From Syntrophales bacterium (GTDB lineage: Bacteria; Desulfobacterota; Syntrophia; Syntrophales; UBA6807), in assembly GCA_040767195.1 (NCBI GenBank), contig JAXGPA010000001.1:832001-896000 (forward strand): a DNA stretch of 64,000 bases. The letters are read 5' to 3'. Below the pieces are notes generated by a model. The model did not search any database and was not told where the DNA came from. It was given only the letters and a program-made list of their open reading frames with translations. Positions 1-9,324 of the stretch are shown here, in pieces (within the stretch, counting starts at the first letter, position 1; every line of letters begins with the position of its first letter). Made by a program: the position numbers and the translations under genes.

Positions 1-808
1 AATTCAGGCGCCCGCGGTTCGGAAAGATCGTCCCGTCGGCCAGCATGAGCTCGACCTCGTAATTTCCCTTCGGGGGCTCCCTGAACGTCCCTTTCGCGAC
101 GGCCTCCCGGAGCCTGAGATTTTCGTTCTCGGAAACGCTGAAGGTGATCCAGATGGGATCGAGTTTCGCCACATAGCTCAGGAGGCTGTCGCTTCCCACG
201 GAAATATAACTGCCTTCCTGCCTTTGAGCCCTGCCGGCGTACCCGTCTATGGGCGATTTGATGGTCGTATAACCGAGATTCAGCTCGGCATCTCGGACTT
301 TCCCCCGGGCGGACAGGACGGCGGCGCGGCTGGTTCGTTCCTGTCCCACGGCATCGTCGAGATCTTTCTGGCTCACGGCATTTTTTTCCGCCAGGGGACG
401 GATCCTGTTCAGGTTCGCCACAGCCGTCTCCAGTTTCGCTTCCTGTTGAGCCAGTTCGCCGAGGGCCTGCTGCAGGGCCGCCTCGAAAGGACGGCGGTCG
501 ATTTGAAACATGACCTGCCCGGCCTTTACCCTGCCTCCTTCCTCATAGCTTATCTTTTCCAGAAACCCGGCCACCCGGGAGCGGATCTCGACCTCGTGGG
601 AGCTCTCCGTGGTCCCGACGAATTCAATGGAAACGGGAACGTCCCTCGTTGCGATTTCGAGGACGGTCACATCGACCGGTCCCGCCGGTGGTGCCGCTTT
701 TTGCTCACCACCGCACGCGACAAGGAAAGCCATCATGGGGACGGCCAGAAAAAGGGCGAGGAGCGTGCGGATAGAAATCCTGGATATAAGGGGTTCGAAA
801 AACTGCAT
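1..808 (-). CDS. RND efflux periplasmic adaptor (MFP, AcrA/MexA family) lipoprotein; runs off window start
   Basis: Read by hand from ATG at 808: MQFFEPLISRISIRTLLALFLAVPMMAFLVACGGEQK... with lipobox LVAC, EVEIRSRVAGFLEKI and AELNLGYTTIKSPIDG; not in the ORF track because no stop lies in the window. Confidence 0.9.
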   Translation of the reverse strand, partial: MQFFEPLISRISIRTLLALFLAVPMMAFLVACGGEQKAAPPAGPVDVTVLEIATRDVPVSIEFVGTTESSHEVEIRSRVAGFLEKISYEEGGRVKAGQVMFQIDRRPFEAALQQALGELAQQEAKLETAVANLNRIRPLAEKNAVSQKDLDDAVGQERTSRAAVLSARGKVRDAELNLGYTTIKSPIDGYAGRAQRQEGSYISVGSDSLLSYVAKLDPIWITFSVSENENLRLREAVAKGTFREPPKGNYEVELMLADGTIFPNRGRLN

Positions 809-1100
809 CCCACCGACCTCCGAACAAAAATGATCAGGTTTTTCATGTCCGGAATACAACCGGATCACATGGCTCCCCGCTTGAGAATAAAGAAACCTTG
901 AAAGCGATTGCGTTGCGATTTATCTACATCACTTGAAGGAGCCTGTCAATGAACATCAGGGCCGGGAAAGCCGCTCTCCAGAAGAGCCGGTTCACCGCCG
1001 CGGCGATCCGGCGTCCCCTCGGAAGACCGAATCGTCGATGACCGCGCCCTTGATCTTTCAAAAACGGCGTGTTAGGAATTGAGAAAAAAAAGGAGGGTTT

Positions 1101-1547
1101 ATGCGAGTCCGCGTATCGGCAGTCTATGAGCAGGAAAACAAAATCCTCTCCATGAAATATATCTACGGCGGCAAGAACGTTTTCTCCATCCCCGGCGGGG
1201 GCGTGGACAAGGACATCCCCCTCCGGGAAGCCATCGTCATGGAGTGGAAAAACGAGCTCGGCGTGAAGGTCGACGTGACTGACATCATCATGATCGGGGA
1301 AGCGCCGGGTACGAAAAGGCACCCCCAGACGCTCCATGTCGTCTTCGAGGCCACGGCCGTTCACGGGACGCCCAAGGTGCGGCCGGATCACACCCATTCC
1401 ATCGACATCGCCTGGGTTCCCATCTCCAAGCTGAACAGCACGCCGCTCTACCCCGACATCGGAAAGCAGCTCTTCGAATATTACCAGAGCAAGACAAGGC
1501 GGTCCGTCGAATTCATCGAAAACTGCATGGAACGCGGTTTCTGGTAG
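1101..1547 (+). CDS. Nudix-fold protein with degenerate Nudix box
   Basis: PGGGVDKDIPLREAIVMEWKNELGV aligns to the Nudix box; AGGAGG RBS upstream. Confidence 0.8.
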   Translation: MRVRVSAVYEQENKILSMKYIYGGKNVFSIPGGGVDKDIPLREAIVMEWKNELGVKVDVTDIIMIGEAPGTKRHPQTLHVVFEATAVHGTPKVRPDHTHSIDIAWVPISKLNSTPLYPDIGKQLFEYYQSKTRRSVEFIENCMERGFW

Positions 1548-1555
1548 GAGGGGTC

Positions 1556-2449
1556 ATGATCATCGATCAAAAGGGACAAATCGGCGAAAACCTCTATTCC
1601 ATCGGATCGGCGGAACTTCCCGCCTGGCTCGTCACGGCGGAAAAAACGGCCCTCTTCGATGCGGGAATCACCATCATGGGGCCCCTGTACCTGGCGGACC
1701 TGGAATTTCATCTCGTGGATCCCCGGAGGCTCCAGCACCTTTTCCTCACCCATGCCCATTTCGATCATGCCGGCGCGGCCCCCTTCCTCAAGCGGAAGAT
1801 CCCCGGTCTCCAGATCGCCGCCAGCCGCCTGTCAGCGGACATCCTGGCCAAGCCCAACGCGGTGAAGCTGATCCAGAGCCTCAGCCGGGACTTCGAGGAC
1901 AAGTTCGCCCCCCTCATCCAGGGGCAGAACGTTTTCTTCGACGGCCTTTCGGTGGACCGGATCGTTGAGGACGGCGAGGAGATCGACCTGGGAAACGGCT
2001 GGGAATTCAGGGTCATGGCCACGCCGGGACACACCCGGGACGCCGTTTCCTACTACTTTCCCCGGGTCAAGGCCCTGATTCCCGGCGAGGCGGCGGGCGT
2101 TCTGGATTCCCAGTACAACATCCATCCCGAATTCCTGGCGAGCTACAACGATTACGAGCGGTCCCTGGAAAAACTGGCGGAACTCGACGTGGAAATCCTC
2201 ATGCTGCCCCACCAGTACGTCCTGACGGGCGAAGACGCCCGGGGCTATCTCAAGAAATCCCTCGACCGGACCCGGGAATTCAAGGAGAGGATCGTACGGC
2301 ACCTGGGCAGCTTCTCGGACAAACAGGAAGACGTCGTCCAGAAAATCTTCCGGGAGGATTATCTCGGCACCGGGGCCATCCAGCAGGACGAGAGGTCCTA
2401 CCTGATCAACCTGACCGCCAAGGTGAAGGCGGTGGCCGCGGGAAAATGA
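1556..2449 (+). CDS. Metallo-beta-lactamase-fold hydrolase, PqsE-like thioesterase
   Basis: THAHFDH and TPGHT motifs; layout resembles PqsE (N-terminal GQIGENL..., C-terminal helical extension). Confidence 0.85.
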   Translation: MIIDQKGQIGENLYSIGSAELPAWLVTAEKTALFDAGITIMGPLYLADLEFHLVDPRRLQHLFLTHAHFDHAGAAPFLKRKIPGLQIAASRLSADILAKPNAVKLIQSLSRDFEDKFAPLIQGQNVFFDGLSVDRIVEDGEEIDLGNGWEFRVMATPGHTRDAVSYYFPRVKALIPGEAAGVLDSQYNIHPEFLASYNDYERSLEKLAELDVEILMLPHQYVLTGEDARGYLKKSLDRTREFKERIVRHLGSFSDKQEDVVQKIFREDYLGTGAIQQDERSYLINLTAKVKAVAAGK

Positions 2450-2853
2450 TCGACGTCCCGCCCCTTCTCCTCAACGACCACTTCGCCCGGCACCTGAAGA
2501 TCCGGGTCCTGGAGGCGCGGCCCGGGCGCGCCCGGGTCGCCCTGGACGTGGAACCGCATCACTACAACGGCGTGGACATCCTGCACGGGGGCGTTATCTT
2601 TACGGTGGCCGACTATGCCTTCGCCATCGCCTGCAACCGTCACGACCAGGTCGCCGTGGCGGTCAACGCCAACATCTCCTACATCACGACGACGAAACGA
2701 AAGGTCCTCTTCGCCGAGGCGACGGAAATCACCCGGGGAGCCAAAATGGCCTCCTACGATGTCCGCGTCTTCGACGACGAGGACGTCATCGTGGCGAGCT
2801 TCCACGGCCTGGCCTACCTCAAGAAAAAGATGACCCTTGAAGAAAAATCCTGA
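2446..2853 (+). CDS. PaaI-family hotdog thioesterase
   Basis: HYNGVDILHGGVIFTVADYAFAIACN; ATGA overlap with the upstream gene. Confidence 0.9.
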   Translation: MIDVPPLLLNDHFARHLKIRVLEARPGRARVALDVEPHHYNGVDILHGGVIFTVADYAFAIACNRHDQVAVAVNANISYITTTKRKVLFAEATEITRGAKMASYDVRVFDDEDVIVASFHGLAYLKKKMTLEEKS

Positions 2854-2859
2854 CAGGGG

Positions 2860-3756
2860 CTACGACAGGCCCTTGGCGACGTGCTTCACCATCTGCCGGA
2901 AGACCCCTGCCATGATGTCCGGGGAGACGAAATAATCGGGGCTCCTCTCGTAGAACCGGTCAGTCATGGCCCTGGCCGCGGCGTCCACGTCCTTTTTCTC
3001 CCTGAAGAGGGACGCCATCTCCGAGCGCATCTTCCGGGCTTCCTCGATCGCCGCGTCGACGAAGGTTTCCGCCTCTTCCCCGGCGACGAACCCGTAATGG
3101 TCGGCGCACAGGTAACGGACCGGCAGGCCCTTCAGTCTTTCCAGGTTTTTCTGATACTGGGTGTAATCCGAATTGCCCGACGGAAAGGCCGTGTTTTTGT
3201 AGGGAATCCCGACGGCATCGGAGGGAAAGAGGACCTTCATTTCCGGCTCGTAGGCCGTGATGGAGCAGGACGAATGGCCGGGCGTTTCCAGAATCGTGAG
3301 GGTTGCCGTTCCCAGGTCGATCCGGTCCCCTTCGGAAAGGACGGTCCCTGAAACGTCGTCCCGCCAGTCCACATCGAACCCCGCCAGCGCCTCCTCCGCC
3401 CCCATGTGCCGGGCCACGAGCCCGCTGAAGGTATTGGCTGTCTCGACGGCCTTGGGCATCTTCAGAATATCCCAGGCCCGCCGGGAGGCGCATACCTCGA
3501 TGGCCGGCCATGTCCGCTTGAAATAGGGAACGATGCCCACATGATCGAAATGGGAGTGAAGAATGACGATCTTTCTTATTTTACCGGGATCGATTCGGAA
3601 GGTCTTCATCTGCTCCAGGACGTCGGGCAGGATGAGGGCGATCCCGCCGTTCAGCATGACCGAACCGTCCCGGCCCTCCAGGATGTAGACCCCCGATTCT
3701 TTCCGGCCCAGGTACCAGAGATTCTCCGCCACTTTTCCCGCCTTTCGGATTCTCAT
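2860..3756 (-). CDS. Metallo-beta-lactamase-fold hydrolase, PqsE-like (paralog of 1556..2449)
   Basis: LHSHFDH, TPGHS, LFPSDA and DHYG motifs. Confidence 0.85.
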   Translation of the reverse strand: MRIRKAGKVAENLWYLGRKESGVYILEGRDGSVMLNGGIALILPDVLEQMKTFRIDPGKIRKIVILHSHFDHVGIVPYFKRTWPAIEVCASRRAWDILKMPKAVETANTFSGLVARHMGAEEALAGFDVDWRDDVSGTVLSEGDRIDLGTATLTILETPGHSSCSITAYEPEMKVLFPSDAVGIPYKNTAFPSGNSDYTQYQKNLERLKGLPVRYLCADHYGFVAGEEAETFVDAAIEEARKMRSEMASLFREKKDVDAAARAMTDRFYERSPDYFVSPDIMAGVFRQMVKHVAKGLS

Positions 3757-3953
3757 GAAAACCTCCCCCGCCCGTACGGGCGTTCTTTAAGTCCGCTCAT
3801 CTTAAGGGATCGCCCCGGAAAAGATCAAGGGGAAGTTCTCGTGGAAAATGGCTTACGTCTGTGGTACCTTATGGCCGTTTCAGGGGGTTTGACGGTATTT
3901 CATCGCTCATAGGGATGGGATACCGGGAGAACAAAAAAAGAACAGGAGGGAAC

Positions 3954-5972
3954 ATGGAGCCGTTGAAAAGTCTGGACGCCGTCTTCAAGCCGAAAAGCGT
4001 CGCCCTGATCGGGGCCTCCACCGCACCGGGAAAGCTCGGGTACGACATCCTTTACAATCTCATAAACGCAGGGTTCACCGGCCCCATCTACCCCATCAAC
4101 CCGAAAGCCGACGAGATCCTCGGGCTCAAGGTCTACAAGGACATCGCGTCGACGCCCGCGCCGGCGGACCTGGCCGTGGTGGTCATTCCCGCGAGATTCG
4201 TGCCCGGCACCCTCGAGCAGTGCGGGAAGGCGGGGGTGAAGGCCGCCGTCGTCGTCACGGGGGGATTCGCCGAAGCGGGTGAGGACGGGGAAATCCTCCA
4301 GAAAGAACTGGCCGACACGGCAAAAAAATACGGCATCCGGGTTATCGGGCCGAACTGCCAGGGGGTCAACCACCCCCATCACAACCTGTGCGCTTCCTGG
4401 CCCCTTCTCACCACCCGGGGAGGCATGGCCTTCATCGCCCAGAGCGGCACCGTGGGCGCCGCCCTCATGGACTGGGCGAGCGAGGACCATCTCGGCGTGA
4501 GCGTCTTCGTAAGCCTGGGAAACCGGGCGGACGTGGACGAATCGGACTGCATCCGGTATTTCAACGAAGACCCGAACACGAGCGTCATCGCCCTTTACGT
4601 GGAAGGGGTGAAGCGTCCCGAGGTCTTTCTCGAATCCCTGGCCCAGGCGAAAAAACCCGTGGTCGTCCTCAAGGCGGGGCGGACCGCCCGGGGCCGGGTG
4701 GCCGCGGAAAGCCACACCAAGTCGCTCGCCGGATCGGACGAGATCTACGGCGCCATCTTCCGGAAATACCGGGTCCACCGGGCGGAAAACCTGGAAGAGC
4801 TTTACGACTTCGCCAAGATCCTCTCGAACATGACAAAACCCCCGGGCCGGCGGATTCTCAACATCTCGAGTTCCGGCGGGGCCGCCATCCTGGCCATCGA
4901 CGAGGCGGAAAAATGGGGACTCGACGCCCCGCCGCCGACCCAGGCCCTGAAAGACCGCCTCCGGGCGTTTCTGCCCGCCCACTGCGGGGTGAGCAACCCC
5001 ATCGACCTCACCGGCGACGCCATTTCCGACCCGAGCCTCTACGCCCGGGTCATCGAAACCTCCCGTGGGGAATACGACATCATGGCGGTCATCTTCGGCG
5101 ACCCCATCCACGGGGCCTCCAAGATGGTCACGAATTCGGAACTGGTCATCTTCTGCGGCGGCGCCGACGTGGAGCGGGAGGAAAAGATCCTCATGCACAA
5201 GAAGGGCATCCCCGTGTTCCCCACGCCGGAGCGGGGCGTCCGGGCCCTCGGCCAGTTCTTCCTCTTCGATGAAAAGGAGGAAAAACCCGCCGAGCCGGCC
5301 GTACCCCACAGCGGCAGGAGCCTCCGTCTCATGCCGGCGGGGGAGGCCGTCGACCTTCTGAAAGCCTATGGAATTCCCGCCGTGGAAGCCCCGCTGGCCG
5401 CCTCGGCGGACGAGGCCGTCCATCTCTTCCATAAAGCCGGGGGTCCCGTGGTTCTCAAGGTGTCCTCCGCCCAGGTCTCCCACAAGAGCGACCTGGGCGG
5501 CGTCCGCCTCAACCTGGCCACCGATGAAGAGGTCCGGAAAGCCTACGGGGACATCCTGTCGTCGATCGGGAAACACCTCCCCGGGACGGACGTGGAGGGC
5601 GTCACCGTCTCGCCCATGGCGACGCCGGGGACGGAGGTCATTTTAGGCGTCATCAACGACCCCCAGTACGGGCATGCCCTCATGTTCGGCCTCGGGGGGA
5701 TTTTCACGGAAGTGTACCGGGATGTCCAGTTCTGCCTCCTCCCGGCGGAGGAAAAGGAATTTCTCCGGATCATCGAGAGCATCCGGGGATATCCCGTCCT
5801 CGCGGGGATCCGGGGGCAGAAACGGAAGGACACGGCCGCCCTGGTGAATGCCATGAAGGGGCTTTCCCGGCTCGTCCAGGATCACCGGACCATCGACCAG
5901 ATCGATCTCAACCCGGTGATCGTCTACGAAAAGGGGATCGCCGCCGTGGATTACCGGATCTACACGGGGTGA
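3954..5972 (+). CDS. ADP-forming acyl-CoA synthetase (acetate--CoA ligase family), fused alpha-beta
   Basis: FKPKSVALIGAS, GPNCQG, SHTKSLAG (phospho-His), HKSDLGGV and ATP-grasp DLNPV; AGGAGG RBS before ATG 3954. Confidence 0.92.
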   Translation: MEPLKSLDAVFKPKSVALIGASTAPGKLGYDILYNLINAGFTGPIYPINPKADEILGLKVYKDIASTPAPADLAVVVIPARFVPGTLEQCGKAGVKAAVVVTGGFAEAGEDGEILQKELADTAKKYGIRVIGPNCQGVNHPHHNLCASWPLLTTRGGMAFIAQSGTVGAALMDWASEDHLGVSVFVSLGNRADVDESDCIRYFNEDPNTSVIALYVEGVKRPEVFLESLAQAKKPVVVLKAGRTARGRVAAESHTKSLAGSDEIYGAIFRKYRVHRAENLEELYDFAKILSNMTKPPGRRILNISSSGGAAILAIDEAEKWGLDAPPPTQALKDRLRAFLPAHCGVSNPIDLTGDAISDPSLYARVIETSRGEYDIMAVIFGDPIHGASKMVTNSELVIFCGGADVEREEKILMHKKGIPVFPTPERGVRALGQFFLFDEKEEKPAEPAVPHSGRSLRLMPAGEAVDLLKAYGIPAVEAPLAASADEAVHLFHKAGGPVVLKVSSAQVSHKSDLGGVRLNLATDEEVRKAYGDILSSIGKHLPGTDVEGVTVSPMATPGTEVILGVINDPQYGHALMFGLGGIFTEVYRDVQFCLLPAEEKEFLRIIESIRGYPVLAGIRGQKRKDTAALVNAMKGLSRLVQDHRTIDQIDLNPVIVYEKGIAAVDYRIYTG

Positions 5973-6004
5973 GACGGCAACGCCAATAAGCCTTCGGAGG
6001 ACGC

Positions 6005-6412
6005 ATGTATACGGGAACGGTTCAGATCACGCTCCTGGTCACCGATGTGGCCCGGAGCGTGGAATTCTACACGGAGGTTCTGGGATTCGGATTCAGCGGT
6101 TTCTGGGACGGGAAGACCCGGGAAATCGTCGATCGCTGGACCGACGAACTGGCGCCTGAATATGCCGAGGTTTTCGCCGGCGAAAATCCCGTGGGTCTCC
6201 GCAAGGCGGGGCGGATCGTCACGGCCGGGACGGCGGAGTGCTCCCTCGAAGTTCAGGATGTGCGGCGTATCCATGCGTCCGCCCTTCGCATGGGCTTCGA
6301 TGTTCCCGAGCCGGAGGACCAGCCCTGGAACGCCCGGACCCTTTCCATCCGGGACCCCGACGGATACCTGTGGCATTTCATCGAGAAAAAGGAGGCGGAC
6401 ACCCCGTCATGA
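6005..6412 (+). CDS. VOC/glyoxalase family protein
   Basis: LLVTDVARSVEFYTEVLGF ... PEDQPWNAR...RDPDGYLW. Confidence 0.88.
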   Translation: MYTGTVQITLLVTDVARSVEFYTEVLGFGFSGFWDGKTREIVDRWTDELAPEYAEVFAGENPVGLRKAGRIVTAGTAECSLEVQDVRRIHASALRMGFDVPEPEDQPWNARTLSIRDPDGYLWHFIEKKEADTPS

Positions 6413-6867
6413 AGGCCGACCCTCCCCGCCCGAAGGCCCGGCTGCGGCCCGGAGTCACACGGGAAGCCCTGGAGAAGCGGATCAAGGGCACGCTGCCCGA
6501 ACTGATCGGCATGGAGTTCCTTTCCATCGAAGAAGGGAAGATCACCGCCCGGATGGCCGTCCGGGGCGACCTCATGGCGCCCAACGGGTTCCTTCATGCC
6601 GCCTCGATCATCGGCCTGGCGGACACGGCCTGCGGTCTCGGAACGAAGGTCCATCTTCCCGAAGGCGCCGATAATTTCACCACCGTCGAGCTGAAGACGA
6701 ACTTCATCGGAGCAGTCCGGGAGGGCGCCCTTGTCTGCGAGGCCTCGCTGGTTCACGGGGGGCGGACGGTCCAGGTCTGGGACGCCCTTGTCACCGAGGA
6801 GGGAACGGGAAAACCGGTGGCCCTTTTCCGGTGCACCCAGATGCTTTTGGCCTCAAGGCAACCATAA
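6409..6867 (+). CDS. PaaI-family hotdog thioesterase
   Basis: APNGFLHAASIIGLADTACG, FTTVELKTNF, HGGRTVQVWD; ATG 6409 overlaps the upstream stop, GGAGG RBS. Confidence 0.88.
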   Translation: MKADPPRPKARLRPGVTREALEKRIKGTLPELIGMEFLSIEEGKITARMAVRGDLMAPNGFLHAASIIGLADTACGLGTKVHLPEGADNFTTVELKTNFIGAVREGALVCEASLVHGGRTVQVWDALVTEEGTGKPVALFRCTQMLLASRQP

Positions 6868-6881
6868 AAGGAGGAACGGTC

Positions 6882-7346
6882 ATGGCGCTTTTGAAAAAAG
6901 GAGACGCCGCCCCGGCTTTCGAGCTGGAAAACCAGGACGGGAAAACGGTCCGGCTGGCCGACTACCGGGGGAAAAAACTGCTTCTTTACTTTTACCCGAA
7001 AGCGGGGACTTCCGGGTGAACGACCCAGGCGGTGTCCCTGCGGGACGCCATGAAGACCCTTCAATCCAGGGGCGTGTCCGTCGCCGGCGTCAGTCCCGAC
7101 AGCGTCAAGGCGCTGAAGAAATTCGACGAAAAGAATTCCCTGGGGTTTCCCCTCCTTTCCGACGGGGATCACGGCGTGTCAACGTCTTATGGGACGTGGG
7201 GCGAAAAGACCCAGTGCGGCAGAACATCGGTGGGGATGATCCGGTCGTCTTTCCTGATCGACGAAAAGGGAAAGGTCGCCGAGGCCTGGTACAAGGTGAG
7301 CCCCAAGGACACCGTTCCCAGGGCCCTCAAGGTTCTCGGGAGCTGA
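6882..7346 (+). CDS. bcp: Selenocysteine-containing BCP/PrxQ peroxiredoxin (in-frame TGA 7017-7019 = Sec46)
   Basis: ORFs 6831..7019 and 7032..7346 share a frame; joined they give YFYPKAGTSG-U-TTQA, the PxxxTxxC peroxidatic motif; AAGGAGG RBS before ATG 6882. Confidence 0.9.
7031..7049 (+). promoter_or_regulatory. Putative bacterial SECIS element
   Basis: Hairpin GGTGTCCC-TGC-GGGACGCC (8 bp including one G-U pair, G in the loop) starting 11 nt after the in-frame TGA. Confidence 0.75.
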
Positions 7347-7364
7347 ACGGCGGGAGGATGTGAA

Positions 7365-8810
7365 ATGAACGCACCGGAAGCCCTGCTCATCGCAAAAGGG
7401 GAAAGAGAGGTTTGTCTTCTGCCCCGGATGGCCAACCGCCACGGCCTCATCGCCGGCGCCACCGGGACGGGGAAAACCGTGTCGCTCCGTGTTCTCGCCG
7501 AGGGATTCAGCGAAATGGGGGTCCCTGTCTTCCTTTCCGACGTCAAGGGGGACCTCACCGGAATCGCCGTTCCCGGCGGCGGCAACCGGAAGGTGGAAGA
7601 AAGAATCCGCGATCTCGGCCTGGAAGGGTTCCAATACGCTGGGTTTCCCGTCGTCTTCTGGGATGTCCTGGGCGACCGGGGACACCCCGTCCGGACAACG
7701 GTCTCCGAGATGGGCCCCCTGCTCCTCGGCCGGATCCTGAACCTCAACGACACCCAGAGCGGGGTCCTCAGCATGATCTTCAGGATCGCCGACGACAACG
7801 GCCTTCTCCTCCTCGACCTGAAGGACCTCCGGGCCATGGCCGCCTTTGTGGGGGACAACGGGGACAAGTTCAAGGTCGAGTACGGCAACGTCTCCCGGGC
7901 GAGCATCGGCGCCATCCAGAGAAACCTCCTCGTTCTCGAGGAACAGGGAGGGGACCGCTTTTTCGGGGAGCCGGCGCTCACCATCGACGACCTCCTGCAG
8001 ACGGACAGCCGGGGGCGGGGGATGATCAACATCCTCCTGGCGGACCGGCTGATCCAGTCGCCCAAGGTATACGCCACTTTTCTCCTGTGGCTCCTCGCCG
8101 AGCTTTACGAGCAGCTCCCCGAAGTGGGCGATCCCGAAAAGCCCCGGATGATTTTCTTCTTCGACGAGGCCCATCTTCTTTTTGAGGACATCGCGACGGC
8201 CCTGGAGGAAAAGATCGAACAGGTGGTCCGGCTCATCCGCTCCAAGGGCGTGGGGGTCTACTTCGTCACCCAGAATCCCCTGGACCTGACGGACGACGTC
8301 CTGGGACAGCTCGGAAACCGGGTTCAGCATGCCCTCCGGGCGTTCACCCCCCGGGACCAGAAAGCCGTGAAAGCCGCCGCGGAAACCTTCCGGCCCAATC
8401 CCCGGGTCGACGTGACTCGGACCATCACGGAGCTGGCCGTGGGGGAGGCCCTCGTTTCCGTTCTCGACAGGAAGGGAGCGCCCGAGCCGGTGGAACGGGC
8501 CTTGGTCCTCCCGCCCCGAAGTTCCCTCGCCCCTCTTGCCCCCGAGCAGATCCGTTCGATCGTCCGGGATTCCGTCCTTTACGGCTTTTATGAAAAAACG
8601 GTGGACCGGGAATCGGCTTACGAGAAGCTCAAGGAGCGGGCGGAAACCCTGCAGAAGGAGGAAGCGGCGGCCTCCCGGGTGAAGGCCAAGTCCCCGCAGA
8701 AGGATCTCTTCGGCGCTGCGGCGAAGAGCGCCGCCCACGCCATCGGGAGCCAGATCGGCCGGCAGATCATCCGGGGCATCCTGGGATCCTTTTTCGGGGG
8801 CCGCCGATGA
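7365..8810 (+). CDS. HerA-like/DUF853 (YjgR-family) ATPase
   Basis: [16 protein letters not shown]alker [11 protein letters not shown]alker [29 protein letters not shown]. Confidence 0.92.
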   Translation: MNAPEALLIAKGEREVCLLPRMANRHGLIAGATGTGKTVSLRVLAEGFSEMGVPVFLSDVKGDLTGIAVPGGGNRKVEERIRDLGLEGFQYAGFPVVFWDVLGDRGHPVRTTVSEMGPLLLGRILNLNDTQSGVLSMIFRIADDNGLLLLDLKDLRAMAAFVGDNGDKFKVEYGNVSRASIGAIQRNLLVLEEQGGDRFFGEPALTIDDLLQTDSRGRGMINILLADRLIQSPKVYATFLLWLLAELYEQLPEVGDPEKPRMIFFFDEAHLLFEDIATALEEKIEQVVRLIRSKGVGVYFVTQNPLDLTDDVLGQLGNRVQHALRAFTPRDQKAVKAAAETFRPNPRVDVTRTITELAVGEALVSVLDRKGAPEPVERALVLPPRSSLAPLAPEQIRSIVRDSVLYGFYEKTVDRESAYEKLKERAETLQKEEAAASRVKAKSPQKDLFGAAAKSAAHAIGSQIGRQIIRGILGSFFGGRR

Positions 8811-8905
8811 CTTCCTTACGGGACATTTGACGGATCTGCCCGAGACGGCGTCTCCAGGAAGCCGTCTTCCGGCATGGATGGCACATCGCTCCGGGGGCTC
8901 ATCCC

Positions 8906-9286
8906 GTGAAGAGAAAAATGACGAACCGGGAATTCGACCAGGTGGTCCAGAGGGCGATCCGGCGGATTCCCGAAGAAATCCGGAAACATCTGAAGAACAT
9001 CATGATCTCCGTCCAGGACCGGCCGTCGCCGGACATCCTGGATGAGATGGGATACCCGCCCGACGAAGCTCTTTTCGGCCTCTATTACGGCACCTCCCTC
9101 CTGGAGCGGTCCCTGAACGAACCGCCCCTTTACCCGGACACCATTTTCATCTACCAGGAGCCCCTCGAGGAATTTTGCGAAACCCTGGAGGAGCTGGAAG
9201 AGGAAATCGAAATCACGGTGGTCCACGAGATCGCTCACTACCTGGGCATGGATGAGGACTGGCTCATTGAGCTGGGATACGAGTGA
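8906..9286 (+). CDS. Zincin-like metallopeptidase family protein (DUF1025-like)
   Basis: LFGLYYG, PDTIFIYQEP and TVVHEIAHYLG (HExxH). Confidence 0.85.
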   Translation: MKRKMTNREFDQVVQRAIRRIPEEIRKHLKNIMISVQDRPSPDILDEMGYPPDEALFGLYYGTSLLERSLNEPPLYPDTIFIYQEPLEEFCETLEELEEEIEITVVHEIAHYLGMDEDWLIELGYE

Positions 9287-9324
9287 GACGTCCTTCACCG
9301 CCCTGACAGGCCTGGAGCGGACGG

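Noticed and set aside
224..901. 225-aa plus-strand ORF
   Set aside because: Antisense to the RND adaptor gene on the minus strand
6831..7346. Split bcp as a pseudogene
   Set aside because: The stop is a TGA exactly at the catalytic residue with a SECIS-like hairpin, so Sec recoding fits better
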